Translations under genes and position numbers: made by a program | Source of the DNA: a virus | Taxonomy: Duplodnaviria; Heunggongvirae; Uroviricota; Caudoviricetes | IMG/VR virus record: IMGVR_UViG_3300029156_000001 | Coordinates: 64,001 to 128,000 of that record | Reading direction: 5' to 3' (one strand) | DNA length: 64,000 nucleotides | The notes under the pieces: generated by a model | The model's input: only the letters and a program-made list of their open reading frames with translations | Told to the model about the DNA's origin: nothing | Databases searched by the model: none | In this document: positions 18,232 through 27,599 of the stretch, piece by piece | Position numbering within the stretch: the first letter of the stretch is position 1 | Layout of the letters: each line of letters starts with the position of its first letter

Positions 18232-18838
18232 GGCCGTCCGGTTAGCTCTAGGCAAGGGGTGGTCTGCCACTCTGCAAGACCTACAGGGCTGGATGGATAC
18301 CGAGCTTGTACGTGCAATGGTGCATGGTGGGCTCGGTATTGAAGGTATTGCTCAGACCCCGTTCTACAAATTTGTTTCGAGTGCCGAGGGTCTCAGTCAG
18401 TTAGGCATTGAGAAGACCGAGCCACCGAAGCTGTTGACGGCATACGAGCGAACAATCAAGATCAAAAGATCTAAGAATACAGTTAACATTAGATTTGGCG
18501 ATCTAGCACTCTTGAAGTTAGCCACACCGCACCCCGCTGCGGGAACCGGTAACCTTCAAATTCAGTCGTGGCTGGAATGGATCGTTGATGGAAAAAGGGT
18601 AGAGAGTGGATTCGTCCCGAAGTCGCGACTTCCTAAAAGACTACACCAGAACATTCGTATCAAGTCCGCTCCGGGCGGCCTGATGTTACCTCAGGGGTCG
18701 TTCAGTAGCGTGGGGCTATGGCGTTTCCCTCCTCAGTTTTTGGATTTCGAGCGAAAGTGGCTCGCGGCAAACATTAGAAAGATTGAGAAACTAGTACAGG
18801 ATCAAACGGTTGTCTTCTTGAATAGAAGGCTTAAGTAA
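18188..18838 (+). CDS. Hypothetical tail/neck protein
   Basis: Likely GTG18188 start (track start TTG18113); coupled to TMP by TAATG. Confidence 0.6.
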   Translation: MVAKKWNLRLVAPTKAVRLALGKGWSATLQDLQGWMDTELVRAMVHGGLGIEGIAQTPFYKFVSSAEGLSQLGIEKTEPPKLLTAYERTIKIKRSKNTVNIRFGDLALLKLATPHPAAGTGNLQIQSWLEWIVDGKRVESGFVPKSRLPKRLHQNIRIKSAPGGLMLPQGSFSSVGLWRFPPQFLDFERKWLAANIRKIEKLVQDQTVVFLNRRLK

Positions 18839-21800
18839 TGGCAAAGGTTCAATTAGATGCTATCCTAAAGCTGGTTGACGTTCAGATCAACCCGGCAGTA
18901 TTCCGCAAGATTAGCCAACAGCTTGCGGGTATGCCTGTGTCGTTGAGTAATGTTAACGTACAACTTAAGGGTGCTGCTACTAATACGACTAACCTGAACC
19001 GCAAGCTGAGACAGACTGGTCAACAGCTTAGTAACAATGAACGTGCTGCTCGTTTATTCTTGCGTCGTATGGCTCAGTTTGCTATTTTACTACCGACGTT
19101 TGCCACGCTAAACCGTGCCATTCAGGGCAGCGTTAGTTTCCTATTTGAATTTGATAGTGCTCTACGAGATATTATCCGTGTTGATGTTGGTAACCTCGCG
19201 GGTCGTATGGAAGAGATTGGCGATGCCGCTCTACGAACTGCCGCTGACTTCGGGGTGACTGCTACTGAAGTGCTGAGTTCGACCCGTGTGTTCAAGCAGG
19301 CTGGTGATACTATTGAAGAATCGCAAGCTCGTGCTCGCGTTGCTATTCTTGCTACTCAGATCTCTACCCTGAGTGCTGCCCAGGCCACTGAGGTTTTCAT
19401 TGCTGCTGCTCGTCAGTTTGGTTCTGTTGGTCAAGATTCGGCTGCCGTTCTAGACAAGCTCGCTAAGGTTGAGGATATTGCTGCCGTTAACGCTGCCGAT
19501 GTTGCCGACGCCTTCCGTACTGGTGGTAACGCTCTTGCTACCTTCTCTCAAAGTATTGACGATTCGATTGGTCTGATTGCTGCTTTGCGTGAGCAGAGTC
19601 GTAAGTCCGGTCGTGAAGTTGGTACGTTCTTCAAGACCTTGCAGACCCGTGTCTTCGCCGCTGGTGAATCTCGTAATGCTGTTGAGGCATTGGGTGTTCA
19701 GGTAGAAAACCTTGATGGTAGTCTGAGACCAACGCTCGGCGTTCTGAATGATTTGAAGAAGGCGTTTGATGGTCTTACTGCGGCTCAGCAGGCCAACGCC
19801 GCTAAGGCTATCGCTGGTATTCGTCAGTTTGAATCCTTGATCGCTACCTTGAACTCACTTGAGAAGGCGAACGAATTCGCTGAACAGTCGGCCAATGCCG
19901 CTGGCACCGCTGAAGAGAAGCGTTTGATCACGGACGCTAAGCTTGAACGTCAACTTGGTAAGCTGGTTGCTCAGGGTCAGCTTTTAGCTGAGTCAATTGG
20001 TGATGCTGGTCTAGAAGATAGTTTGGCCGGTGTGTTGAAAGTTGCCACCAGTATCTTGAAAGCCTTTACTTCTCTTGCTAGTGTGGTTGAAGGCATTGGT
20101 GGTAACATTACTCCTCTGTTGGCCCTTGGTGGCGTGACCCTCGGTCGCAGTATCTTTGGCTTGGGTGGCGGCCAAGGTGGGGGCAAGAGTCCACAGCAAA
20201 CTGTGCAACCAGGACAAAAGGGTTTTGTTGGCCCCCTAACTCAGAATCAACAACAACTTGCTGGCTTTGGTAAGCAGGTTTCTCGCGTCGGTAATGTTTT
20301 CAAGAGTCTTGGTTCTCTTAGTAAGGATCTTGCTAAGGAAACCCTGATGCGTACGCAGGTATCTGCTGCTCATGGCTTGCAGGTTGGTGCCTCCAGTCAA
20401 GCCATTAGAACACATACATCAGCTATCAAGTCGAATATTGCTGCCCTGAAGGCTTCTGAATCGGCAGCCCTTCGTGAGCGTGGTAATCCTTTGGGTGGTG
20501 TTCCTGGCACCCTTCTGTTGTCGTTGCTAGGCGTGGCGTTGCCCGCCGTACTTGGCAAGGCCGCTGACGGTTTGCGTGGCTTTGATAATAGTATTGCAAA
20601 AACTAGTGCAGATGTTCTTGATGTAAGCAAGAGCGGCCTTGGCCTTGCTGCCCAGTTTGCTGTTCTAGGCCCACAAGCTGCCGCCGTAGCTGGAGCGTTT
20701 GGAATTGTACAGTCGTCCGTAATGACGATTATCGCCGCTATTGAAGAAGAGTCTGCGGCACGAAAAGAGATTGCACAGCAACAGCGTGTGGAAGCGGAGC
20801 GTATTAAGGGTGGCACAAGACTAACCGGACGCTCTGAGCAATCGTTGGGTGTACAAGCTGCCCTGATTAGTGCTTTGGAAACCGGCGTGGCCGGTAAGCG
20901 TTTGGGGACTGATCTTGCAGCCGGTATCGAAGAGGGTTTCCAGACGTTCACTCGTACCGAACAAGCCCAAGAGGCTCTATTAAAAACAACTGAAGCCGTT
21001 CGTGGTGAGCTACTTAAGAACATTGATGTCTTCAAGACATTTATTGGTAACAATGAAGATTTAGTTAGAGGTATTGCTGAAAGCAACGATGCACTGGATG
21101 CTTTTGATGAACTACAAAGCCTGCTAGCCAATGGCACTAATTCGGATCTTGGTCCTGCGTTTAACAAACTACTTGTAAGTCTCGGTGCTACTGTACCGGG
21201 AATGAATGAGTTTACTGGTACTCTTGAAGAAGCACGTAAAGAGTTCTCAGAGTTTCGTAAGATTCTAAAGGTACAGGCACTTGCTGATAGTGTTCGTACT
21301 CTTGGTCTTGAATTAGAACTTGCTCAACTTGGCCCCGACGCCTTATCAGATTCGGTTGTACGTCTTACTAACGAGCTGCTCGTTGCTGAGCGACAGTCTA
21401 GTAACACGTCTACTCGTCTTGGGACAGAGCTTGCTGGCCTATTTGAGCGTCTAGATGAATTTACTGTTGGCTTGAATCCTGCCGGTTTGTCTGCTGCGGA
21501 ATTTTTCACTAAAGTCAATAATGGTGTTCAGACTTTGGACCCCAGCAAGATTGCTGAATTTGAATCATTCATCGAGAGTCTACCCCAGACTCAGCGTAAG
21601 GCCGCTAATGAAATCTTGAAGTTACTACGTAGTCAACTTCAAGAAGAGGTCAAGATTCAGGAACAACGAAACGAGCTTCAGTCTGAAGTGAATCGTCGTC
21701 AAAAGGATCTGCTAGATGCCGAAGCACAGGCGGCACGCAATGCTTTTGAGTCCACAAGGAAGTTTACTGCTGAACTCAAGAAGTTTGGTGATAACGTTAA

Positions 21801-24045
21801 CACAGATGTTCTAGGGGCTTTCCAAGACGTTGGTCTGGGCGATGTTGATGCGGTATTGGCCGGTACCTCTGGTTTGGGTGCCGGAATTCAAGAGTTGATT
21901 CTCAATGCATTTGCTGACCCCGTGGCAAAGGCAGAGTTAGAACTGAAGGCCGCAACAGAGAGCACGCAGACTGAACTAGACATTTTGAGCAATCGTTTAT
22001 CTATTGTGAATGAAAAACTAGGAGATCAGGCGAACGCTGCTCAGTTTGCTGCGTTGACCGCCGAAAAACTTTCTCTTGAACTTGATATGGAGAAGGCGGC
22101 TCAGGCCGGCACTCTTGAAACGACACAACTTAAGGTCAAGATTCTTGAGGCTGAACGCGAAGCTGAAGAAGAGGCTGCCGAGGCAGCTAGTAAGCGTGCG
22201 GATCTTCTAGAGAAATTAGCAGACGCATCTCGTTCCTTTGATAAGGAGCTTCGAGACATTGAGCGTACCTTCCAAGATTTCCAGCGTAGCAAGACCGAAG
22301 AATTATTAGGCGAAGAAGCTGATGCACGTAGTCAGCTCAAAGAAGCACAGCAAGAGGTATTGTCTTCGACCTCTGATCTTGCTGAGGCATATGATTCTTT
22401 GATTAGAGCACAGCTAGAATATAACGGTGCCATTGCTGAAGCTCAACTAAAGAGTGCCCTTCTGTCGCGTGATATTGGCATGTTGACTGGCGAGATTGTA
22501 ACCTTTGATCAGGGTCTTGGGACCCTGGGTAATGCATTCCGTGATGTGCTCGATGATTCTAACATCACGCTCCAGAAGAGAATTGATCTAGAGCGTCAGC
22601 TTGCCGAAGAGACCCTTACATTCTTGAAGCAGGCCCGCGACGAGATCGTTAGTGCTGGTGTCGGTGTATTTGGCCAGAGTGGTACCGAGAATCAGGCACT
22701 TGGTCAAGGTATTGCCGGTCTACAATTTGTGGCCGACCAATTGGGTGGATCCTTTGATAGCTTCTTGAGTCTGACTCAGGGCGAACTGTCAGCCGCCAGC
22801 GAGACCCTTCTAGGGTTGCCAACAGAGTTCCGTCAAGGTCTTCTGGACGCATTGTCGTTCTTGCCCAGCTCAACCAATATTGGCGGCTTCTCTACTGAGC
22901 AATTGACACAAGCTATCGGTCAAGTGGGTGCTGGTGTAGCTCCCGAGGTTGGCCTACCATCTATTGAAGAACTCAACAATCAACAGATTGAGCAACTAGG
23001 TAAGCTGCAAGAGTTAGCCCTACAGGACGCTCAGTTGCAGTTTGCTCAGGTGCTTGCCGCACAGGAACAACTGGCTGCGGCCGAGGAAGCTGCCGCTGCG
23101 GCTATGTTACTTGAGGAGCGTGCAACAGAAAATCTGGTGGCCGTGCGAGATGCCGTTCTTGAAGAGAAGGCCGTATTGGATCTTGCAAACCAAGAACGTC
23201 GTGAGCTGTTGGCCGCTGTAGTTGCTGCTGATGACAAGAACACTCTCATGCAGATTGATCGTGAGGCACAGCTATTTGCAGAACAGAACGCTGCCTTCCG
23301 TGACGTGGGTGACACTATCGTTCAGGGGATTAGTTCTGCTATCGGTGCTCGTTTGAGCGTACTGGAAGCGGTCTCCGCTGTGGGTGGTGCCGCCAGAGGC
23401 TTTATCCCTAACTTTGCTGGTGGCAATCTAAGTCCCAAAGAGGCCGCTGGTCTTCTAAGAGCGGCAGCCCGCGAGAAGCGTGCAATGCCTGGAGGTGCTG
23501 GTTTGGCCGTTGCCAACACTAGCGAAGCAATCATTCCGATGCGGAATGGTGGTTTCATTCCTAACTTCCAAGAAGGTACAAGTGAAATCTCTGCTGGTAT
23601 TTCTGCTATTCGTGGCATCAACGAAACTGTAGTTGCTGCCATTGCACGTTCTGTAACTGCTGCCCTAACTGATCTTCAGGCTGGCGGTGGTAGCACTGAA
23701 GATCTACTAACTGAGGTTATCGCTCAGTTGAGCACTCTCAACAATACAAACGATGATATTAGCTCTAGTAACGCTACTGTTGCCAGTAACACCACAAGTA
23801 CCGGTACAGGTACCACTACGCAGGCAACCGCTCAACGTGTTGAGATTTCTCTAGAAACTAATCAAAACAATACGGTAAGAGTCACTGGTCTAGAAAGCCT
23901 GCGTAGTGAGCTTGAAACTGCAATTGCTACGACAACCGCTGATCAGGTGGATTCTCAGGTCGAGGCGTTGTTTGTTCAGCTTGATGAAGTAATCACCGCA
24001 CTACAAGAGCGTGGTATTTTGAGTTCCTTTGGTCAGACGAGATAA
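18838..24045 (+). CDS. Tail tape measure protein
   Basis: 1735 aa Ala/Leu/Glu helical; N-terminal TP901-type core (FEFDSALRDIIRV...ALRTAADFGVTATEV...SGREVGTFFKT). Confidence 0.92.
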   Translation: MAKVQLDAILKLVDVQINPAVFRKISQQLAGMPVSLSNVNVQLKGAATNTTNLNRKLRQTGQQLSNNERAARLFLRRMAQFAILLPTFATLNRAIQGSVSFLFEFDSALRDIIRVDVGNLAGRMEEIGDAALRTAADFGVTATEVLSSTRVFKQAGDTIEESQARARVAILATQISTLSAAQATEVFIAAARQFGSVGQDSAAVLDKLAKVEDIAAVNAADVADAFRTGGNALATFSQSIDDSIGLIAALREQSRKSGREVGTFFKTLQTRVFAAGESRNAVEALGVQVENLDGSLRPTLGVLNDLKKAFDGLTAAQQANAAKAIAGIRQFESLIATLNSLEKANEFAEQSANAAGTAEEKRLITDAKLERQLGKLVAQGQLLAESIGDAGLEDSLAGVLKVATSILKAFTSLASVVEGIGGNITPLLALGGVTLGRSIFGLGGGQGGGKSPQQTVQPGQKGFVGPLTQNQQQLAGFGKQVSRVGNVFKSLGSLSKDLAKETLMRTQVSAAHGLQVGASSQAIRTHTSAIKSNIAALKASESAALRERGNPLGGVPGTLLLSLLGVALPAVLGKAADGLRGFDNSIAKTSADVLDVSKSGLGLAAQFAVLGPQAAAVAGAFGIVQSSVMTIIAAIEEESAARKEIAQQQRVEAERIKGGTRLTGRSEQSLGVQAALISALETGVAGKRLGTDLAAGIEEGFQTFTRTEQAQEALLKTTEAVRGELLKNIDVFKTFIGNNEDLVRGIAESNDALDAFDELQSLLANGTNSDLGPAFNKLLVSLGATVPGMNEFTGTLEEARKEFSEFRKILKVQALADSVRTLGLELELAQLGPDALSDSVVRLTNELLVAERQSSNTSTRLGTELAGLFERLDEFTVGLNPAGLSAAEFFTKVNNGVQTLDPSKIAEFESFIESLPQTQRKAANEILKLLRSQLQEEVKIQEQRNELQSEVNRRQKDLLDAEAQAARNAFESTRKFTAELKKFGDNVNTDVLGAFQDVGLGDVDAVLAGTSGLGAGIQELILNAFADPVAKAELELKAATESTQTELDILSNRLSIVNEKLGDQANAAQFAALTAEKLSLELDMEKAAQAGTLETTQLKVKILEAEREAEEEAAEAASKRADLLEKLADASRSFDKELRDIERTFQDFQRSKTEELLGEEADARSQLKEAQQEVLSSTSDLAEAYDSLIRAQLEYNGAIAEAQLKSALLSRDIGMLTGEIVTFDQGLGTLGNAFRDVLDDSNITLQKRIDLERQLAEETLTFLKQARDEIVSAGVGVFGQSGTENQALGQGIAGLQFVADQLGGSFDSFLSLTQGELSAASETLLGLPTEFRQGLLDALSFLPSSTNIGGFSTEQLTQAIGQVGAGVAPEVGLPSIEELNNQQIEQLGKLQELALQDAQLQFAQVLAAQEQLAAAEEAAAAAMLLEERATENLVAVRDAVLEEKAVLDLANQERRELLAAVVAADDKNTLMQIDREAQLFAEQNAAFRDVGDTIVQGISSAIGARLSVLEAVSAVGGAARGFIPNFAGGNLSPKEAAGLLRAAAREKRAMPGGAGLAVANTSEAIIPMRNGGFIPNFQEGTSEISAGISAIRGINETVVAAIARSVTAALTDLQAGGGSTEDLLTEVIAQLSTLNNTNDDISSSNATVASNTTSTGTGTTTQATAQRVEISLETNQNNTVRVTGLESLRSELETAIATTTADQVDSQVEALFVQLDEVITALQERGILSSFGQTR

Positions 24046-24048
24046 CAG

Positions 24049-25554
24049 ATGAACGTTTTATCTGAAGTACCTACACCGCCGCCCGCAGCCGTAGAGGTTT
24101 TCTATAACGGCTGTAAGCTGACGCCTGCACCTCTAATTGATTGGACTGTCGATGCACAGTTCAACGATGCGGGTGTACGTACATCTAATCTCAATCGTCT
24201 TACCTTAACGGGTACGGTACTGGTCACACCTTCTGGTAGTTACGAAAAGATGTATACGAAGCAAGAGGAGCTTCGTACGGCATTCTCTGTAGACGAACAA
24301 GACTTCGTGATCTTGGCGGGGCCCGCCAATAAGACACTTGCCGAAGGCACAGTGATCTGTTCTGGCCTCAAGCCCAAGATCACGAGTTTGAACATTCCTG
24401 CCGATACGCAATTTCAGCGTATTGACTATAGTATTGAACTTGAAGACCTAGTTGCTGTTTCTGGAGTCAGTGGCGTAACGTCTAGCTTGAGTGATCAATG
24501 GACGTTTGCTGAGGACCCTGACACATGTACTGTCAATGTTACTCACCAAGTTAGTGCCGAGGGCGTAGATGGCGAATCAGACAAGTTTGAACAGGCCCTT
24601 CGTGCCGTCAAGGCACGCTTGGGTATTGACAAGCTACCACTGGCCATTCCGTGCTTTGTTGAGCCGAACGCCTCGGGGTTGTTTGGCTTTACGCATCCAT
24701 CTGTATCAGATGGCGGCCCCATCTTTGAAGTATCTGTACAACGTGAAGAAGTAGCCGACGTAGCCAACGGTAGCTATTCCGCTACCGAAACCTTTACTAT
24801 TGTTAGTGGCGTTCCGTTCTATTTTACGCAACGTACTGAGTCGTTTGAAGAAGACACCAATGGTGTAGCAAATGTAACACTAGCTGGCAGCGTTCAAGGT
24901 CTTGGTCGTACTCTGTCTGCCAATCAGCCTGACGGTGGCCCCGGCTTCGCTCGTGCTTGCTCTGGATTTATCAATCATGTGCGTCCGCAGTTGAAATGGG
25001 ATGCGTCTGGTGTCTATGATAAGTACAAAGAGGGGTCGGCAGGTAGTGGTTTGTCACTATTCAATCCAACGGCTTTCTCTACCACGCAAAACAAGTGTCG
25101 TGGCACGGTTGATTTCTCGATCACCTTCACTGACGATCCTACAGCTAGCTTACCCAGCGGCCTTGTTAGCAGTACATGTAGCGTGAATGTTGTCAATGGT
25201 GTCACATTGCATGCTAGTCATGCTATTCCCTTTAGGCGTCTGGGCAACATTGTCCAAGACATTAAGACAACCACGGAAGGCTCCGTGTCTATCCAGTGTC
25301 AGGTTCAAGCCAAGAACACCGGCAACTCGGCATCCGACACCAATCGTGCTATTCAGCAAGTGCAGAATGAACTCAATAGACTAAAGGTTGTACATGCAAA
25401 TCCGGCTGATTTCGTGACCCTTCGTATTACGAACCTAGACGAGCAATTCAGTGATGTTGAACTTACTAGCAACGTAACGCTAACATACGCCTTCACGGTG
25501 GATCTAGCTAATGTGCCGGATGTGAACTCTGACATCTCTCTGAGGACTATCTAA
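24049..25554 (+). CDS. Distal tail/baseplate protein
   Basis: 501 aa beta-rich, immediately after TMP. Confidence 0.6.
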   Translation: MNVLSEVPTPPPAAVEVFYNGCKLTPAPLIDWTVDAQFNDAGVRTSNLNRLTLTGTVLVTPSGSYEKMYTKQEELRTAFSVDEQDFVILAGPANKTLAEGTVICSGLKPKITSLNIPADTQFQRIDYSIELEDLVAVSGVSGVTSSLSDQWTFAEDPDTCTVNVTHQVSAEGVDGESDKFEQALRAVKARLGIDKLPLAIPCFVEPNASGLFGFTHPSVSDGGPIFEVSVQREEVADVANGSYSATETFTIVSGVPFYFTQRTESFEEDTNGVANVTLAGSVQGLGRTLSANQPDGGPGFARACSGFINHVRPQLKWDASGVYDKYKEGSAGSGLSLFNPTAFSTTQNKCRGTVDFSITFTDDPTASLPSGLVSSTCSVNVVNGVTLHASHAIPFRRLGNIVQDIKTTTEGSVSIQCQVQAKNTGNSASDTNRAIQQVQNELNRLKVVHANPADFVTLRITNLDEQFSDVELTSNVTLTYAFTVDLANVPDVNSDISLRTI

Positions 25555-26114
25555 TGGTTAACTTTCCCGATGTGGAATGGATCCAGCAAGATCCCGGGAC
25601 AGACCCTTCCGGTCTGCGTGACCAGAAAAGCAGCGGTGCGGGATTTGTGCGGGTACTCAATACCGCCGCAGGCGGCGAGCTGAATTATGGTCAACTGAAC
25701 ACGACAGGATCCGGGGCGATCACCGATACCTTTTTGACCTACGCCCGCGTCGATGACTTTGGTGATGCGAGCGGAGTCTTTAATATGCGAATGTTTTTGA
25801 CCAACGTCTCTGCTTGGGGAGCTGGTACATTTCGCTTTTTAGAGCAGAAGGAATTGCACTTCGTTCCTGATTTGACTCTCGATTCTAGTGCGAATAACAT
25901 GCCAACCATTGTGCCCACGTCGCCCAATCTGTCTGGTACGATTACAGAACCAGAATACCCCCTGGGTAAGCCTTGGATGAGTGGTCTACTTGATAATGAT
26001 GTGAGTCAGTATGTACATCTAGCTTTGGAAGTTGGTGTCGATGTGCCTGTGGGTACGTATGGCGGTGCCGGTGCAGGCACGTTCCGATATAGGTTACTGT
26101 ATGATTTCTCATAA
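25554..26114 (+). CDS. Tail-region protein, paralog A
   Basis: 186 aa; shares motifs with 26290-26940. Confidence 0.7.
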   Translation: MVNFPDVEWIQQDPGTDPSGLRDQKSSGAGFVRVLNTAAGGELNYGQLNTTGSGAITDTFLTYARVDDFGDASGVFNMRMFLTNVSAWGAGTFRFLEQKELHFVPDLTLDSSANNMPTIVPTSPNLSGTITEPEYPLGKPWMSGLLDNDVSQYVHLALEVGVDVPVGTYGGAGAGTFRYRLLYDFS

Positions 26115-26293
26115 TGGATGAGATACAGCTTCGCAAGATTGGTGATCCAGAGCCCGAGAAAAACACGTTGCCGCGTGGTGTTTATGCGGTAACCATGGGC
26201 GACAGCATTATTTTTGTGCGTCGTATGGCTGGCAGATTCATTCCTCTGTCACAATCAGAACAAGAAGAATTACGTAGCAAGCATTTAGTATGA
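26114..26293 (+). CDS. Small hypothetical protein (59 aa)
   Basis: TAATG coupling upstream and ATGA coupling downstream; MDEIQLRKIGDPEPEKNTLPRGVYAVTMGDSIIFVRRMAGRFIPLSQSEQEELRSKHLV*; not in the ORF track. Confidence 0.7.
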   Translation: MDEIQLRKIGDPEPEKNTLPRGVYAVTMGDSIIFVRRMAGRFIPLSQSEQEELRSKHLV

Positions 26294-26940
26294 GTAATGA
26301 GTTTCCCCACATTCGCGTGTTCTCTTGGGACACGGCTGAGATTGCGAGTCCGGTTGGCACACGGACGACGCCGGGGGGATCGTTTGCTTTCCAGTACATT
26401 GTATCGTCTGGATGTTCTACCGCTGATCCTAGTAGTCCCGCCTCTACTTCGGGAGTTTTAGTGTTTGAAGATACGAGATTTGATCTTACCGATCTACCTC
26501 TGCCGTCACACTTAGAATCTAAGGTGGCTGCCATTACGTTTAATCTAGCAGCTAGTGGCACAGCCATTTCAGACATGAGGCTATTCGTTGCGGATGATAG
26601 TGCATTCCAAGGAAGTGCAGACGAGGGGCTTGATAGGGCCTTTGTCCAATTTGCAGCAAGTGGTAGCACTTGGGCCTATCTAGGCACTATGCCCTCAGGT
26701 GCCGTAGACCGTCTTCCTTTGGTGGTTCCTGCTAGTCAAAATGTCTTTAGACAAGATCTCACGGCAGGACTCGTAGGACAAGACGACGAAAATTCATCAG
26801 AGTTTGTATACCTGAATTTGGTTATTCCGTTGGGGTCTCCATTGGGTTCATATGGCGTATGTGGCTCTGGACTGTTAAGGTTTGGATTAACGTTTAACTA
26901 TTGGTGTAACGACTTCATCTTACAGTTTGGTGGGCCTTAG
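26290..26940 (+). CDS. Tail-region protein, paralog B
   Basis: 216 aa; N-terminal NxFP, MRLF, and C-terminal PLGSYGxxGSG shared with paralog A. Confidence 0.7.
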   Translation: MSNEFPHIRVFSWDTAEIASPVGTRTTPGGSFAFQYIVSSGCSTADPSSPASTSGVLVFEDTRFDLTDLPLPSHLESKVAAITFNLAASGTAISDMRLFVADDSAFQGSADEGLDRAFVQFAASGSTWAYLGTMPSGAVDRLPLVVPASQNVFRQDLTAGLVGQDDENSSEFVYLNLVIPLGSPLGSYGVCGSGLLRFGLTFNYWCNDFILQFGGP

Positions 26941-26947
26941 TGTATTA
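26938..26947 (+). promoter_or_regulatory. TAGTGTATTA motif
   Basis: Exact copy overlapping a stop codon, 57 nt before ATG27004. Confidence 0.72.
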
Positions 26948-27003
26948 TTCATTACGGGCCTTCTCGGTCCTTTCGAACGTTCGACTCTGTAGGAGGTAAA
27001 GCT

Positions 27004-27189
27004 ATGGCTACTTTTAACGCTACTAGCAGCACCAACAACGCTAATCAAGTCCTCTGGGGCTGGAGCACTAAGCTCGCTTTCCATACTGATCGTGCCGTAA
27101 GTGGTACTGCTCGTGGCGGCGAGGTTCAGGCTGTTGAAAACCTTGGCGTGGGTGTTGCAATAGGCGACCCGTTTACCAACCTTACGTAA
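27004..27189 (+). CDS. 61-aa protein in its own transcription unit
   Basis: SD AGGAGGT, promoter motif upstream, terminator downstream. Confidence 0.75.
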   Translation: MATFNATSSTNNANQVLWGWSTKLAFHTDRAVSGTARGGEVQAVENLGVGVAIGDPFTNLT

Positions 27190-27212
27190 ACTAGTCGTTT
27201 TTGATGTTGAAT

Positions 27213-27248
27213 AGGGTCACTGTCTGTTGTAGGCGGTGATCCTTTTTT
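27213..27248 (+). terminator. Rho-independent terminator
   Basis: Stem AGGGTCACTGTCT/AGGCGGTGATCCT (with G-U pairs) followed by T5. Confidence 0.75.
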
Positions 27249-27270
27249 AGAAGATAGATAGGAGAAAGAT

Positions 27271-27495
27271 ATGTTTGTAAAAACTATTCAAGGTGACACC
27301 ACTAACTTATATGAGTGTCAACATTACAAGAGCTATAAAGAAAATGATGATTTTGTCCTAGAGTTCTGGGACTATAAGATGGATAAACATTGGGGATTGA
27401 GAATCACTCCTGAGGAAACCAAAGAGCATAAGGTGTCTATTTTTGTCATGAATGATGATGGTCAAACTATCGATCAGTTGTTTATGTCTCGATAA
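27271..27495 (+). CDS. AT-rich small hypothetical protein
   Basis: 74 aa, SD AGGAG; about 35% GC in three sampled 60-mers. Confidence 0.7.
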   Translation: MFVKTIQGDTTNLYECQHYKSYKENDDFVLEFWDYKMDKHWGLRITPEETKEHKVSIFVMNDDGQTIDQLFMSR

Positions 27496-27518
27496 CATCA
27501 TAGACTAAGGACCGATAT

Positions 27519-27548
27519 CAGCCTACTGCTCATATGAGCAGTAGGCTG
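27519..27548. repeat. Perfect 30-bp palindrome
   Basis: CAGCCTACTGCTCAT|ATGAGCAGTAGGCTG, exact reverse complement with no spacer. Confidence 0.95.
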
Positions 27549-27549
27549 T

Positions 27550-27559
27550 TAGTGTATTT
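27550..27559 (+). promoter_or_regulatory. TAGTGTATTT, one-mismatch copy of the motif upstream of the HNH gene
   Basis: Begins 2 nt after the palindrome. Confidence 0.55.
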
Positions 27560-27599
27560 TAGGACGAGGCGTAGTTTTGGCTTAGTCTTCGGAGTAAGG

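Noticed and set aside
20397-21167. 256-aa minus-strand ORF and other long antisense ORFs (e.g. 7284-7928, 49218-49856, 53963-54628)
   Set aside because: They lie wholly opposite well-supported + genes and show no motifs; they are codon-bias shadows
26955-26995. GTTCGACTC, a tRNA T-arm-like string
   Set aside because: No acceptor, D or anticodon stems around it; it is part of the 12-bp palindrome
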